Source: Paramecium tetraurelia (lineage: Eukaryota). Taken from it: a stretch of 64,000 bases of DNA. Below are positions 26,581 to 38,864 of this stretch, one piece after another (positions within the stretch are counted from its first letter, which is position 1; each line of letters begins with the position of its first letter). The stretch is taken from the NCBI GenBank assembly GCA_000165425.1, contig CT868018.1, positions 13,204-77,203 on the forward strand, read 5' to 3'. A program made the position numbers and the translations under genes. The notes beneath the pieces were generated by a model. It was not told where the DNA came from, did not search any database, and saw only the letters and a program-made list of their open reading frames with translations.

Positions 26581-27330
26581 ATGAACAAGCAATAGAAGAA
26601 AACCCAAAAGCAAAATGAGAAGTTAAAGATATAAAGCCAAGAAAATGATAGCCCCCAGAACATAGAAGATATAATACATGACAAGAATGATTTCATTTGT
26701 CCCATCTGTTTAAATTACATTGTGGCAGCTGTCTCCTTAAAATGCGGACACACCTTCTGTGAAATATGTTTGCATGAATATTTGCTGTATTTCAAAGGCT
26801 GTCATATTTGCAATGATAACATGAGAAAATCTAAATTCGCCTATTGTTATTTATTAGATCAGATGATTCATGAATTCATCAAATCACATCACCCTGAAGA
26901 ACTAAAAACCTATGAGATGGCTAAAATCAGCAACAAGGAGTGGCGAAAAAAGAAACAGTACTATCCATTTATAATCCTTAGAGTCCAATCCATAGATGTT
27001 GGTTAGTAGATCGATGTAAGAGATCCCAATTTCGTCTGGAATGTTGGAACTATCAAGAGACTCAAGATATCCTAGGAGGTAGGCAAAATCAAATACCTTG
27101 TCATTCACTACGAAGGCAAATCAGACAAACACGACGAAGAAATAGCCGAAAACTCTCCAAGGTTTGCTGCCTTAGGGTTCTACACAAGCAGAAATGACAT
27201 TCCTAAATATTACAAACAGACCAAGAATCCCTTTTTAAAAAACCTATTGTACATAGAGTGCATGGATCCAAATGACAACCAATTCAATTAATAGTTTTTT
27301 ATAGAAGACAATTCTAGCGAAAGTGAATGA
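26581..27330 (+). CDS. RING-HC finger plus Tudor/MBT (Royal-family)-like domain protein
   Basis: CPICLNYIVAAVSLKCGHTFCEICL...CHIC, followed by VGQQIDVRDPNFVWNVGTI...LVIHYEGKSDKHDEEIAENSPRFAALGFYT. Confidence 0.85.
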
Positions 27331-27444
27331 AAATATATATTATAAATTAAAATTTTATCAATTAAATCTCAAAGATACATCTTCATTTGACACTAGCCTC
27401 TCAATCACACTTCGACAGTATCATCTTCTTTAAAAATACTTGCA

Positions 27445-28213
27445 ATGCAAATGCGAATCATAAAAAAGTCCTCATTTATTTATAACGTTGATTAATTTTA
27501 TTTGTAAATTTTAACAGACTGTTTATGTAGCAACTTAAATTAAGCAATAGCAAAGAGAATTAAGATTGGGATTTTAGTAAGGTGGAATCAAGAATCTAGC
27601 TTTTAATAGAAGAGAATTAGAGATTGAATTAATCGCTCACAACAAAGATGGAAGAAATCTAATAATTAAAAACCGAAAACAATCATTAATTAATGGAGTT
27701 GAATAAATTTAGAGGCTAAGATTGTGAGCAAAAGATTTTAACTGAAATTATTCTACAAAAAACTACTGATTGTGATAAAAACAAGAGATAATTATTGAAA
27801 GCTGAAAAATCTATTGATGATTTGGAATAAGAACTTAGTATACTTAAATCTGAAAAGGATCAGTATTCTAAATAAATGCTTTAAGCATAAACTTAAAATA
27901 TTTTATTAGAATAAGAAAGATTGAAATAAATAGACGAGTTAAAAACCTAAGTAAGAAAAAGTAATTAAGGTTCCAACAATTAAATTGATTAATTGAAATT
28001 TGAAGTCAATAAATCTTAACTAGAAAACGATTCTTTGAAAGTCTAATTAAAGCAATTATAGGATGAAAATGTATTAATCTATATAAATATTCATAGTCCT
28101 CAATTAAAAGACATTTAGGTTGTTTAAGTGGGTATATACTCGAAAATGAGCAATTAAGAAAAGAAAATGAAAGTTTGAATTAAAATTATTAAGCTTTATT
28201 AGCAAAATAATGA
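27445..28213 (+). CDS. Hypothetical coiled-coil protein
   Basis: E/Q/K/L heptads (IQLLIEENQRLNQSL), probable introns ~27487-27517 and ~28071-28096, TGA 28211-28213. Start uncertain. Confidence 0.6.
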
Positions 28214-28404
28214 AATAATGAAATCTTGATTATCACTATCTTTTTATTATAATCATTATTAAATTTGAATTATGACCATCATTTAAATATTGAATCATTT
28301 TTCATTATTTTAGAATCTATGATAATATATATCATCATTTAACTACTTCAAAATGAGAACTATCTTGTAAAAATGAAAGATTATGAAACAACAATAAAGA
28401 AAAA

Positions 28405-30093
28405 TCAATAGACATATACATAGCCATTTTCACATCCAACTAAAATCCATCCTTCTTCAACTATCATCTCATAGATTCCTGATTTAGCTTAAAGTACTCT
28501 GTAATTGTGCATTTATCTTACATCAAAGGTGACAATCTTTCCATCTAAACTAGATATATGGAATTGTTGATTATAAAATAATATTTTAGTGATTGAACTC
28601 TAAAGAATATAATTTAATGGAATACCTTGCATAAGCATAATTTTTCAATTAATTTCATTGAATTCCAATTGTAGATGTAGATAGATCCCAAAATATCTCC
28701 TGCTACAATAATCTACTAACCAGTTCCAATGAGACATAACTCAACAATGCTGTCTCCTAATGGATCACTTTTGCCGATAACCTAAAAGTTGGTATTATAA
28801 TAAAATTACTTTTCCATCTTCAAAATTGATGAATGCAATAGTGGAATCACTACTTCCAGTTGCAATGATTGGTTATTTGTGATGTTAGACAAAACAGACG
28901 ACATCATCCTTATGATAATTGTGTTTATGTGCAACTGAACTTATTTTAACAACTTATTCAGAAGTATTGGGTTTCCAAACTCTAAATGATTGATCAGCAG
29001 AACCACTTACAACTAGTTTACCATCTAAAGTGAAACCACCACAGGTAATTTCTGCTTCATGTCCAGCAAATACACTCATTACTTCACCTGTGACTCCATT
29101 CCACATCCATAAAGTAGAATCTTAGAATCCTGCCAAAATAACATTTCCTTTTGGATGCCATTTCAACACACTTGGTTCTGTTTGACTTCCATCAAGTATT
29201 TTTTCACTCATATCATTTAATAAATAGATATATATCTTTCCTGTTAATATACCAGCAGCAACGTATTTGCCATCAAAACTAAAATCAACCAATCCTACAG
29301 TTTCATCGTATTTCTTTTCAAAAATTACTTTTTGAGTGCTGAGTTTAATAAGTTTTAGATGATCATCTTCAGAACCACTGGCAATAATATCTTTTGAAAC
29401 AGGATTTTAAGCAAAAGTGCATATAACTTTATTATGTATTTTCAATTAAGCTTTAGATTCATCAATTTTCCAACTTGGATCAATGTGATTGTCATCAATT
29501 TATTCTAACAATTCAGGCTATTATTTAATCATTTATTCTTCTTCTTCCATTATCTTCTCCTCCTATTAGTCAACTTCTTTTTCTAGGGCTTCTAATTCTT
29601 GATTATCCACCTCAACAACTTCACCTAAATCATCTTCCCACGCATCACTCCTTTAACTAGCTGCATCATCGAATTTCATTATCAAATATCCTTTAACCTA
29701 CTCCTCTGTGATGGTATTAAGATTCTTTAATTATGAATATCAAAATCATTACAATTTTTTCGAACTCTTCAGAGACATCAATTATATTATACTATTTGTA
29801 TTCTTCGATGATGTCTTGATTTTGTAGGAGACTCATGGCATATTTCATTGGGAATGCAAAGTTTAAGGTCTTGTCTTGATTCCTCAATCTAAAGTCATCA
29901 ATTAACTGATTTACTTTATGGTTTAGTCAATCAATTGAATGTGTCTTTCTTGCATCATCAATTCTTTGGCTAGTGCAATTTCTTGTTCTGCAGAATGGCC
30001 TTCATCGTTGCTCAAATCCCAGAATGATTTCTCAGTGAGTGCTAGCTTCTATTTGAGGAGATGCAGAAACTATGTCAAAGGATCGTGCTCCAT
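28405..30093 (-). CDS. SQT1: SQT1/AAMP-like WD40 ribosome-assembly chaperone, with ~120-aa N-terminal extension (or a separate upstream gene)
   Basis: Acidic leader then ASGSEDD, FSFDGKYVAAG, WHPKGNVILAG..DSTLWMW, VFAGH..ITCGGFTLDGK. Alternative ATG at 29679. Confidence 0.8.
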
Positions 30094-30131
30094 AAATTAA
30101 AAATAATTAAAAATAGTTAACGATTATAAAC

Positions 30132-30824
30132 ATGAGCTCTATTACGTAATTAGATTAGGAATATAGAATGTTATTTGAGCAAATTATGGGAATGCTCGAT
30201 CAATTGTCATCAATTAGTTTGGAATTTGTAAGCTCCAAATTAACATTTCTAGAAAAATACTCTTAAACTTTAAAATCTTCATAAGTGGATGCTCGACAAC
30301 ATAGAAATAATTAAATAAAAAATCTCATCGAATATGTTAAAATGCATCGCAAATCCAAAGTTCGATCTGTGATTCATTCCCCATCCAATAGGACATTCCA
30401 TCATCACCATCACAACTCTTTGGATATGCAGGATGTCCAATTAAAAGATAACATCTCTGTGATTCCCAACTCTAGTACTGCTCCTTAAAAAAGTTTAAGT
30501 GACACCAAGCTTGTGCATACAAAAACTATTAAAAACATGCTATAAAAGATGGTTTCTAAAAAGAACAGCTCGCCTTAGAAAAGTGCAACAGAACCCTTAA
30601 TTAAAATACTTGAAAGTGCAATGGCTTTATTGGAAACACACTAGTAATTCTATTAAGACGACTATGATTAATTAAAGAAAGAATACGATGAAGTATTATT
30701 AAATAATCCATAAATTATGGCCAAAGTAAGTTTGCAGAATAAATCAAGCAAAATTAAGGAAAACTTGAACTCTCTAATTGAAACTTAAAAATCGTTCAAA
30801 TCCTATTTGAATTCTATAATGTGA
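30132..30824 (+). CDS. Hypothetical 230-aa protein
   Basis: Uninterrupted 693-nt code-6 ORF with a His run (FHHHHHN) and C-terminal coiled coil. Confidence 0.7.
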
Positions 30825-31038
30825 ATGATGACAAGTTTTATATATATAACTAGTTCTTAAGATTATAGTATTGATAAACAAATCAATGACCTAGATCTCT
30901 TATATTAATGTGGTTTCCATGATATTTTTAATGAATCAATAATTCTATTTTTTAGTTTGATTTCCATAACATTTTGGTTATCTTATACATTATTATTATA
31001 TAACACATCAGTATTAATTATTTTTAAATATACACATA

Positions 31039-31819
31039 ATGATTTTCAATTCTGAGTTCTCAGGTCAATAACAACATACAACATAACCTATAGTAACTGG
31101 AGGCAGTGTAATAGCACTAGCTTACAAGGGTGGTGTAGTTGTAGGAGCAGATACACTTTGTAGTTATGGAAGTATGGCAGATTTCAAGTACAAATGCATA
31201 ATTTACATCTAGAAATGTTGAGAAGATTGCTCAGGTGTCTAAGAACACAATTTATGTTTCAAGTGGCGAATTTTCTGATTTTCAATAAGTAGTGAGGGAA
31301 TTAGCAAAAATCGACAGATCAGCCTTATAATATGACGATGGAGTCCATCCATCCCCTAGAGACTATGGCAATTACTTAGCGAGATTGTCATACAAGAGGA
31401 GATGCAAAATTAATCCATTATATTTATAGAATGTGATCGCAGTATTAATATCTCCTTATCTAGGGATTTCATAATGGAGAACGATATCTAGGTCTTGTTG
31501 ATATTTATGGTACTTACTTGGAATCAAATTTCGTGACCACTGGTTTTGCAAGCTACTTCTGTAAAGCCATCATTAGTAATTATTGGAATGAAAATTGCAC
31601 TCTTGATTAAGCCAAATAAGTGATTAGGGAATGCTTCAAAGTAATTCAAAAATTGTATTGTAGGTGTTATTCTGCAGAGATTGCAGAGCTCACGATGTGA
31701 TCCAATTGGCTTATGTTGATGAGCAAGGAACACACATTGAGTAGCCAGAGAGAGTGGAAACCAAGTGGGATTTCAGTGGATTCAAGAACAGAGCAAATGA
31801 GAAATTACACACATAATGA
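31039..31819 (+). CDS. PSMB4: 20S proteasome subunit beta-7 (PSMB4/PRE4)
   Basis: HTTQPIVTGGSVIALAYKGGVVVGADTLCSYGSMADF, SGEFSDFQ, YKRRCKINPLY, TGFASYFCKP. Three tiny introns. Confidence 0.93.
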
Positions 31820-31856
31820 ACATAATAATTATTTGATTTATATATTTTCATATTCC

Positions 31857-32147
31857 TCAAGGATCAGATACTTGTGGTCTAGTCGAAATAAAGCTCTCTC
31901 TGCCAGTGGGCTGCCATTCCATTGCTTCGTACCAGAATGTACGCAATTTCATGTCTCTGCATCTGATGAATCTTTCAAATCGGCTTGATCTCCAAAAGAA
32001 TTTATCGATTCTCTCATGAGAATGGTACAGGATATCATATAGACACACTGGTAACAATGTGCCCAAAGTTGTGAGTACCATGCACACAGGTGCTATTTTC
32101 AACACTGTTCTCAAAGGGATCGGATATGAACTATTTGGTACAGGCAT
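31857..32147 (-). CDS. 96-aa single-TM protein, possibly a ciliate-specific mitochondrial respiratory-complex subunit
   Basis: Clean ATG-TGA ORF with higher GC, no TAA/TAG codons, one hydrophobic helix and an R/W/F-rich C-terminus. Function is inferred only. Confidence 0.6.
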   Translation of the reverse strand: MPVPNSSYPIPLRTVLKIAPVCMVLTTLGTLLPVCLYDILYHSHERIDKFFWRSSRFERFIRCRDMKLRTFWYEAMEWQPTGRESFISTRPQVSDP

Positions 32148-32172
32148 AATTATTTATTAATATTATTGTTTA

Positions 32173-32215
32173 ATCAATTATTATCTTCTCCATCCATCAA
32201 TTATTATCTTCTCCA
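32173..32215. repeat. 20-bp direct duplication covering a stop codon
   Basis: atcaattattatcttctcca at 32173-32192 and 32196-32215. Confidence 0.9.
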
Positions 32216-33267
32216 AAAGCTACCTCATACAATTCCTGCATTCTTTTCCTCTTCAATTCCCGCTTCAATTGAGCTTCCTTATCAACTGTCATTACATCCT
32301 CATCTGGCTAAAATACAACTGTCTTCCACCCTCGAAATAATTAATCTCCTGGCTAATGGATCTTGCCTCTCACCGTTTTTAGATTCTCATTCTGTTTCCT
32401 TATCTAAAGAGCCTGTCTCTTCTTCAATTGATTCTCATTCATGTACATCTTAAAGAATTGATCATCATTGTTATTGTAAGTACAATACATATTGTACTTC
32501 TCTTCTCGATCACATAAATTAACAACTTTCTGATAAAATGGTAATTTCTTATTTAACTCAATTGTCTTCTGCAACAATGGATGATTTTTCAAATCGTTAT
32601 CATCTTAGATCTATTTTAAAGAGATCGACTTCAATTCATCGATAAAGAATAGATAAAATAATCCTCTTCGGAATTACTGTCTGTTCATCAATGGTTTCAA
32701 TAGTTCGAATAAATCTGATTGACTCTTAAAATGATTCTCAGCGTAAATCAGGTAGGCCTATTCAAAGAGTTTGGCATATTGTTGTATTTCTTAGATTAAC
32801 ACATCCTTATCCTTACAATCAGCAGCTCTAAACATTATTTGAATTGAAGTATATGAAAACCTGCTTAAGACTGATTAAAGGGATTTCTTCTTAGTTCCTA
32901 ATATCTTGACTAAAACCTTCAAAGTGTTTCTTATGCCCAAAACTGCATGCTCTTTAAATCTACATTAAGACATTCTGACACCAGTTTAATTAAAAAAATC
33001 TTTGGTTGCTGTGATATGATTCCCTCTGCATTTGATGTCTATTTCCAATAATTTTGAAAATTAAAAATTGGACAATTCTTATTTAGGAACTTTAAAAGAC
33101 TCATAAATCCGTTTAAGTTTTTGAGGAGACTTCACTTGAAATTAGCAAGCATTAAAGAGAATTCGAGCCACATGTGCCCAATTCCTACAATCTTCTCCTC
33201 CAAAACTATCAACTATTTTGATAAATTCTTCCACCAAACCAGGCTGGCTCATCATTTTCTTCGCCAT
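32197..33267 (-). CDS. Hypothetical 356-aa protein with charged C-terminal coiled coil
   Basis: Uninterrupted 1071-nt code-6 ORF, MAKKMMSQPG...EVAFGEDNN*. Confidence 0.75.
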
Positions 33268-33361
33268 TATAAATTTTTAATCTGTTTTCTGCCAAAAAAA
33301 TTAGTTCTTCAATATCCTTAAAAAAATTGTATTTATAAATATACACAATTTAGATATAAAT

Positions 33362-35261
33362 TCATTTAATTTCAATTATTTATTTTTTCCCATTCTCATT
33401 ATGAATTCTACTTCCATCCAACAATTAATCGTCCTCACTCAACACTGAATTAAACCACTCATACCAAACCCCTTCCTCATTGTTCACTCTCTTAATTGTG
33501 AATTTCAACTTCTGCTTCTTTGCTATGTTTACAGGTTTCTAATGAATTATTGAGTTTCAAATACCTCAAATGGAAAATAAATAGGGAACCAAGAATACAT
33601 ATCTGGAGTACTATTATTTGGATGTGTACTGAGTTCAATATCCTCATACAATTTGGATGTGAAATACCCAGCCATTCCATGAATCAACAAATCCTGTTTA
33701 CACTCAAAAACCAAGTTCTATTTATTTAATTAAATCTTCATACTTGTTCCTATGCTAATTGATTTTCGTTGTTGAAATCTGGATGTTTAAATTGCATGCA
33801 TTTTTAAATGTCATGTATTGTGTAATACTTCTAATAATGAACGACATAGCTAGAATCATATCCATAGCTCTTTTTAACCTTTGCATGCAATTGGGGACAA
33901 CTTACAGGAACACAGTATGAGACAGAATCACAAGGAATACTTACAGCATCTGGTTATAAAAACCTTTAAGCCCACATCAAACATTCGGGTGACAATTCAT
34001 TATCTCCAAAACTACCCAATAATTCAGAAACAATTAGATCAAACTTTAGTTCAGTTTACCAAGATTTTAAATCATCCAAAACTATTTCCACATCCTTCCA
34101 TTACTTTTATCTCTTCTTTTAAAACACTAATGTCATATAAGCATATGGATTTTTCTCTAATGCCACTATCTTTGTTTTGCATTTTGCACCTTAAGCTGCG
34201 AAAATCACCCTCTCCAAAATACCTCCTCTTCCTGCACCTGCCATTAAAATATTGATCTCAGCCTTTTTGACATTCTTCAAGTATTTTCTGCAAGCATCCT
34301 CATACAAATCATATTTTATTTTGTCCTATTCAAAGACCTCATAGGTTCCTGAATTCAAATTATCTTTGTATGGTTAAAGAGGTATTTATAATTCATCGAA
34401 AAATTCAGATGCTAAATGGGCTTGCTCTGATAAGGGCTATTAATTTTTGAATAGATGAATCAAGTATTATCTATGATCAGCCAAATCTATCTAAGGGGAT
34501 TTGGCAGATATTGAAATGTAGTTTTCAAATTGGAAATATGAAGTCAAAAATTAGTTTTAGATATCATCCAATTTTGGAGCTCCTTGATCATTCATTGAAA
34601 AGAGATCTTGATTCAAATGCACAAATCGTATGTTTTCAGATAACCATTTTCTTTGCTCATTCTAGGTTATTTATTATTACAAGTATTACCTTTGTTGTCA
34701 TCTCCTTCTTTAATCTAAGGAGTATTGGGATATTGAATTATAATTCCTATCTAATTTGGTTATACTTAATCCAGTCCTTTGTGATTTCTACGTCCAACAC
34801 AAATGTGTTCAAATCAATGAAATATTTGGTAGCCATCTAAGGTTATAAAGACATTATACTTTTCTTATGAATTTGGCTAGTTTAACTGGATCACTATTTG
34901 AACTTAAAATAATTGATGGTACACCCAAATATGCTGCAAATTGTATTTCCTATTTCAATATCTCTCTATTCCTTTTTCTCACCTCTTTGTTCTCATCGCT
35001 TAGACTGAGGTTGGAGATTAGAAAGTGCAACTTCTAGATGTCATCGGATTTAACTTCTAATTCTGATTTTAAATAAGAATGCTTGATGAAATCATTAATA
35101 TTTCCTTCTCTTTCAAAATTGGCTGGGAAAATGGGCATAATGATGGCATCGAATTTCTTCTTGTTTACAATAGTAAGAATTTAGGGCACCGAATCTTTGA
35201 GTTCTTAAAAATACCATACGGTTTTTAATCCCCAAGGCACAGCCTCAAATTTGTAAACCAT
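33362..35261 (-). CDS. PRMT5: Protein arginine N-methyltransferase 5 (Skb1/Hsl7)
   Basis: LQPYKDNLNSGTYEVFEQDKIKYDLY, GAGRGG, VSELLGSFGDNELSPECL, HGMAGYF, MYSWFPIYFP, VWYEW. Confidence 0.95.
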
Positions 35262-35288
35262 AAATTAAAATATTTATTATATAATATT

Positions 35289-36583
35289 TCACTTCTTGTT
35301 TTTCTAAACCTTCCAGATCAACTCCTAACTAGTCTCATATTGTTTATCCAATAAATCTATATCTAAGCAACGCTTGCTTAACTATTTTTTACCGTTTTAT
35401 TCACTATAGCTTTTGGCTCTTTAGCTTGGAATCTTGATATACTCAAAAGTCTTACTTAATTAGGCACTTCGATTGGCTATTTGATAGGGACATTATTATT
35501 CAACGAGTGTTGTTATTTTACATTTTTAGTACTTGAACTAATCAAATTGTTTTAAGATTGATTCTGGTTTGGTTATTGTTGCATCAATTGTAAATTCTAA
35601 GGAGAATTCATAATATTGATGTTGTTTGTAAGAACCTATTGTTAGAGATTGCAATTAGCTCCATAACAAGATTTTGATGAGGATCTAGTGTTTTCCGATT
35701 ATAGTTATTATTATTAAAAATAATTTGGGGGTCTTTAACTATTTTATGAAGCCTTGGAAGTGCTGCATTAATCGTATTACCTATATGATTAAGCGATGGA
35801 ACCTAAGAAGTATTACACAGATCTTACATTTATAATTGTTGTCATTAGGAGTTATCAATGGGGATTGCTTCTCTTCAAGTACAGTCGACAATTGAGGGTA
35901 ATCCAAATTGCGTTTAGATTCTGGCCTATTGATAGATGACTAGTTTTAGTTGTTTTCTTTATTGGATTTAACATCTTATTGGGAGGGTTTATTAAAAGCA
36001 AATTGCTTGTTCTCATATGTGTTTTTAGCACTCTGAGGATGGAGATCTATTTACTTACTCTTTTTTTTCTTATTCTTGTCATTGGATAATTGCATAGACT
36101 TAGGAACAGATAGATATTAGTCATCTCTAGTTGGTTCTTCTAGTTCCTTATTGATGCTTTCATACGCTGAATCGAATGGTGTCCCTTACAACTACATGAT
36201 CGAAATCTTTATACTTCCCAGTTTGATATACCTTCTTAGGATTACTAAAGATCTTAGAAAAATTTTCAAGTTTTAGGATTTCATCTGGTTCACTCTTGAT
36301 TGGCCGAATAGGCGATAGCTTAATCTAGTCTTTCTGTTGAGAATGTTTGGATCTTCGATGCTTTTAAGCCATCAGTTGCTAAAGTAATGCAGTCTGTATT
36401 TAAATAATTTTACATTACGTTGGACTGATTTTGTTTATGTGTTTCAATACTAATCTCCATAAGTTGACTGAAAATAGAGGTCCATCCATGGAGTGTTTGT
36501 TATATAAGATGCACATCATTAGAAAGAGAATCCAAGTTAGGCAAATGGTTATCAAACAACCCTACTTACGGGAAGCTAGACAT
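35289..36583 (-). CDS. Hypothetical low-complexity protein
   Basis: ATG 36583, at least two tiny introns, TGA 35289-35291. No recognisable domain. Confidence 0.6.
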
Positions 36584-36763
36584 TTGATTGTTAAAAATAA
36601 AATTAATTGTTTTACATATTTTTAAACTCTAAAGCAAAAATAATTCAAAATTACTTACATTTTAAAAATAAAACCTCAAGAAATCTTTGTCTTTAAATTT
36701 CAAATAAAAACAATGAGAGAGCCACTTAAAAAATGAAATTCAATGTACAATAAAAATTTAAAA

Positions 36764-38439
36764 TCAATCCTTCTTCTCTTTACCATCTGTGACTTCTTAT
36801 TTTGTGTCTATATCTTATGAGTACCCAGCATCCTAAATATATTTAAATAATAAGTACTAATCTATTAGGATCTACTTTGTAGATTCTTCTTTGATATATA
36901 TATATTAAAAATATGACATCGTCTCTAAAGCAACTCAATCTCTTCAACCACGGCATTGTAATTATAAAAGCAAACAAATCATCGATTATAGTATTCAAAA
37001 ACTTGTATATCATTGTTCTCCATGGCAAATGAGCCACTGATTTTAGTTTATAATTAATAAAGAGCTAAGGAGTCATGTTTATAAACCCGAATAAATAAAT
37101 GAATTCAACCAAACTCTCTATAATGAACGAGTAAATTCCTTTGTGCTCTTAGTAAATTAGAGCATAAACAAGGTAAGCAGCAAACAATGGGACTGATAAC
37201 TTATATAAGAAATTAGCAGCTTTTTAATCGTATTGTTAGGTTTTTGATTCATATGATTTTTGATGCAAAAATTCCACATATGGAAATACTTTAATTATTT
37301 TGAATTTTGTTGTTTTGGTGATCTTCCACATCATCAATCCCAATTCAACAAATTATTAAACAATGATCAGATATGAAGTCTCATTATCCAGCAAATACAA
37401 GGTGATGATAATATCGAAGACAAAATTTGTATACAAAGCTCTAATGGAGATCCCCTCTTGTGAACCCAAATTCTTCCAATATTAAAAGTCATTCTTTATT
37501 GCCAATGTTGAAAATATCGTATGCAATACACTAACAACCATTGTTAATGCAACCAAATAGAAATTTGTCTCGAAAAGCATCTCCTTTGTATTATCTTCTG
37601 CTATTTCGTCGTATATTTCCATGCCCAAATTTTCATAGAACTTACCTGCATTCTTCAATGAATCTATCATGTAATACTTCCAAGAATAATAACAATTAAA
37701 CTCTATTGGAATCTCATATGTCTCATTTGCTTATATCAATATGTGATCTTTCTTTCTCAAAAAATAGTTATCTACGTCTAGATTTGGAGTGTAAATGAAA
37801 CCTTCTTCAGTCCTTTGGAATCGATCTTAATTTATATTTCAATTAATTATACATTTAATTTATGGTGGAATTTAATTTTTTGGGTAAGAATTTGAGTCAT
37901 GCACAAATAATAGATACTATTTATTTTTGACATGCCATTCATATTTTGAACTCGTTTAATTCTCGTCTTGTTTCTTAATCATATATTCATCGTGTTTATC
38001 AAACAACAAATTCTTTTTTTCATTCTATTCCACTTTCATAAGCTTTGTTAATGAGAAACCAGAATGAATATTAAAATTACTGTTGCCCAATTATATGCTG
38101 AAATAAGGATTTTCAAGTAACTTAGATAATCTATATTTATACTTCTATTCCAGTCAAAGTAATGTTCTTCACAATTGTGGTGTCCTTACTATACATTAAA
38201 TCTAATTCGTTTAAAGTCCAATCAGTTACGTTGTTTGTGATGGTTAAGTTGAACAGACTATTCGAGTTTAGGATGTTGAAATAAGTGTCTACGCGAGAGT
38301 TTGATTATGAGAAAAATGACATCAAATAGTTAACTCCTATCAAGGTTAGAATTATTCTGAAAAACCCAAATCCTCCTTGTTGCTAACCCTGATTCGCCTG
38401 TGGTGCCTAATTGTTATTCCCTTGCACTTAGTTATTCAT
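36764..38439 (-). CDS. CLPTM1: CLPTM1/CLPTM1L family multi-pass ER membrane protein
   Basis: MTPQLFINYKLKSVAHLPWRTMIYKFLNTIIDDLFAFIITMPWLKRLSCFRDDVIFLIYIYQRRIYKVD, plus ETNFYL and LAIKNDFQYW. Confidence 0.93.
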
Positions 38440-38621
38440 TAAAACTTGTAATGAATTTAGATTAATAATTAAAAATTATTTATACTTCATTAAGGAATAG
38501 TTTGAGAATAATATGAGAATAATATGTATTTTGGAAAACTTCAATATCTGAAATTTTTGATTATAAATTTTCAATTAAAATTTCTAATTCCTTGATAAGA
38601 TATTTTCTTATTAAAAATTTA

Positions 38622-38864
38622 ATGGGATGCACATGTAGCAGTAAAAGAGAGTAATCTCCTTAGAAGACAATCAAATCAACTCAATCTACTTCAAATCAAC
38701 TACATCTTCTCATAGAAACCAAAATGTTTAAAATCTATAGACCTCATCAAAAATTATAAAATGTAAGTAATTTCTTAAAAATATAGATCTCTAACAGTAC
38801 AATATTAACAAGAAGAAGAATAAAAATGGAAATCAAAGATCTCGAATACTAAGAAACTAAATGA
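38622..38864 (+). CDS. 72-aa microprotein with N-terminal MGCxC dual-acylation motif (paralog 1)
   Basis: MGCTCSSK...KLQN|ISNSTILTRRR. 24-nt intron 38763-38786, TGA 38862-38864. Confidence 0.75.

Noticed and set aside
30228..30252. Intron-like gtaag...ctag in gene 30132-30824
   Set aside because: Splicing it would shift the frame into an early TGA, while the unspliced frame is open.
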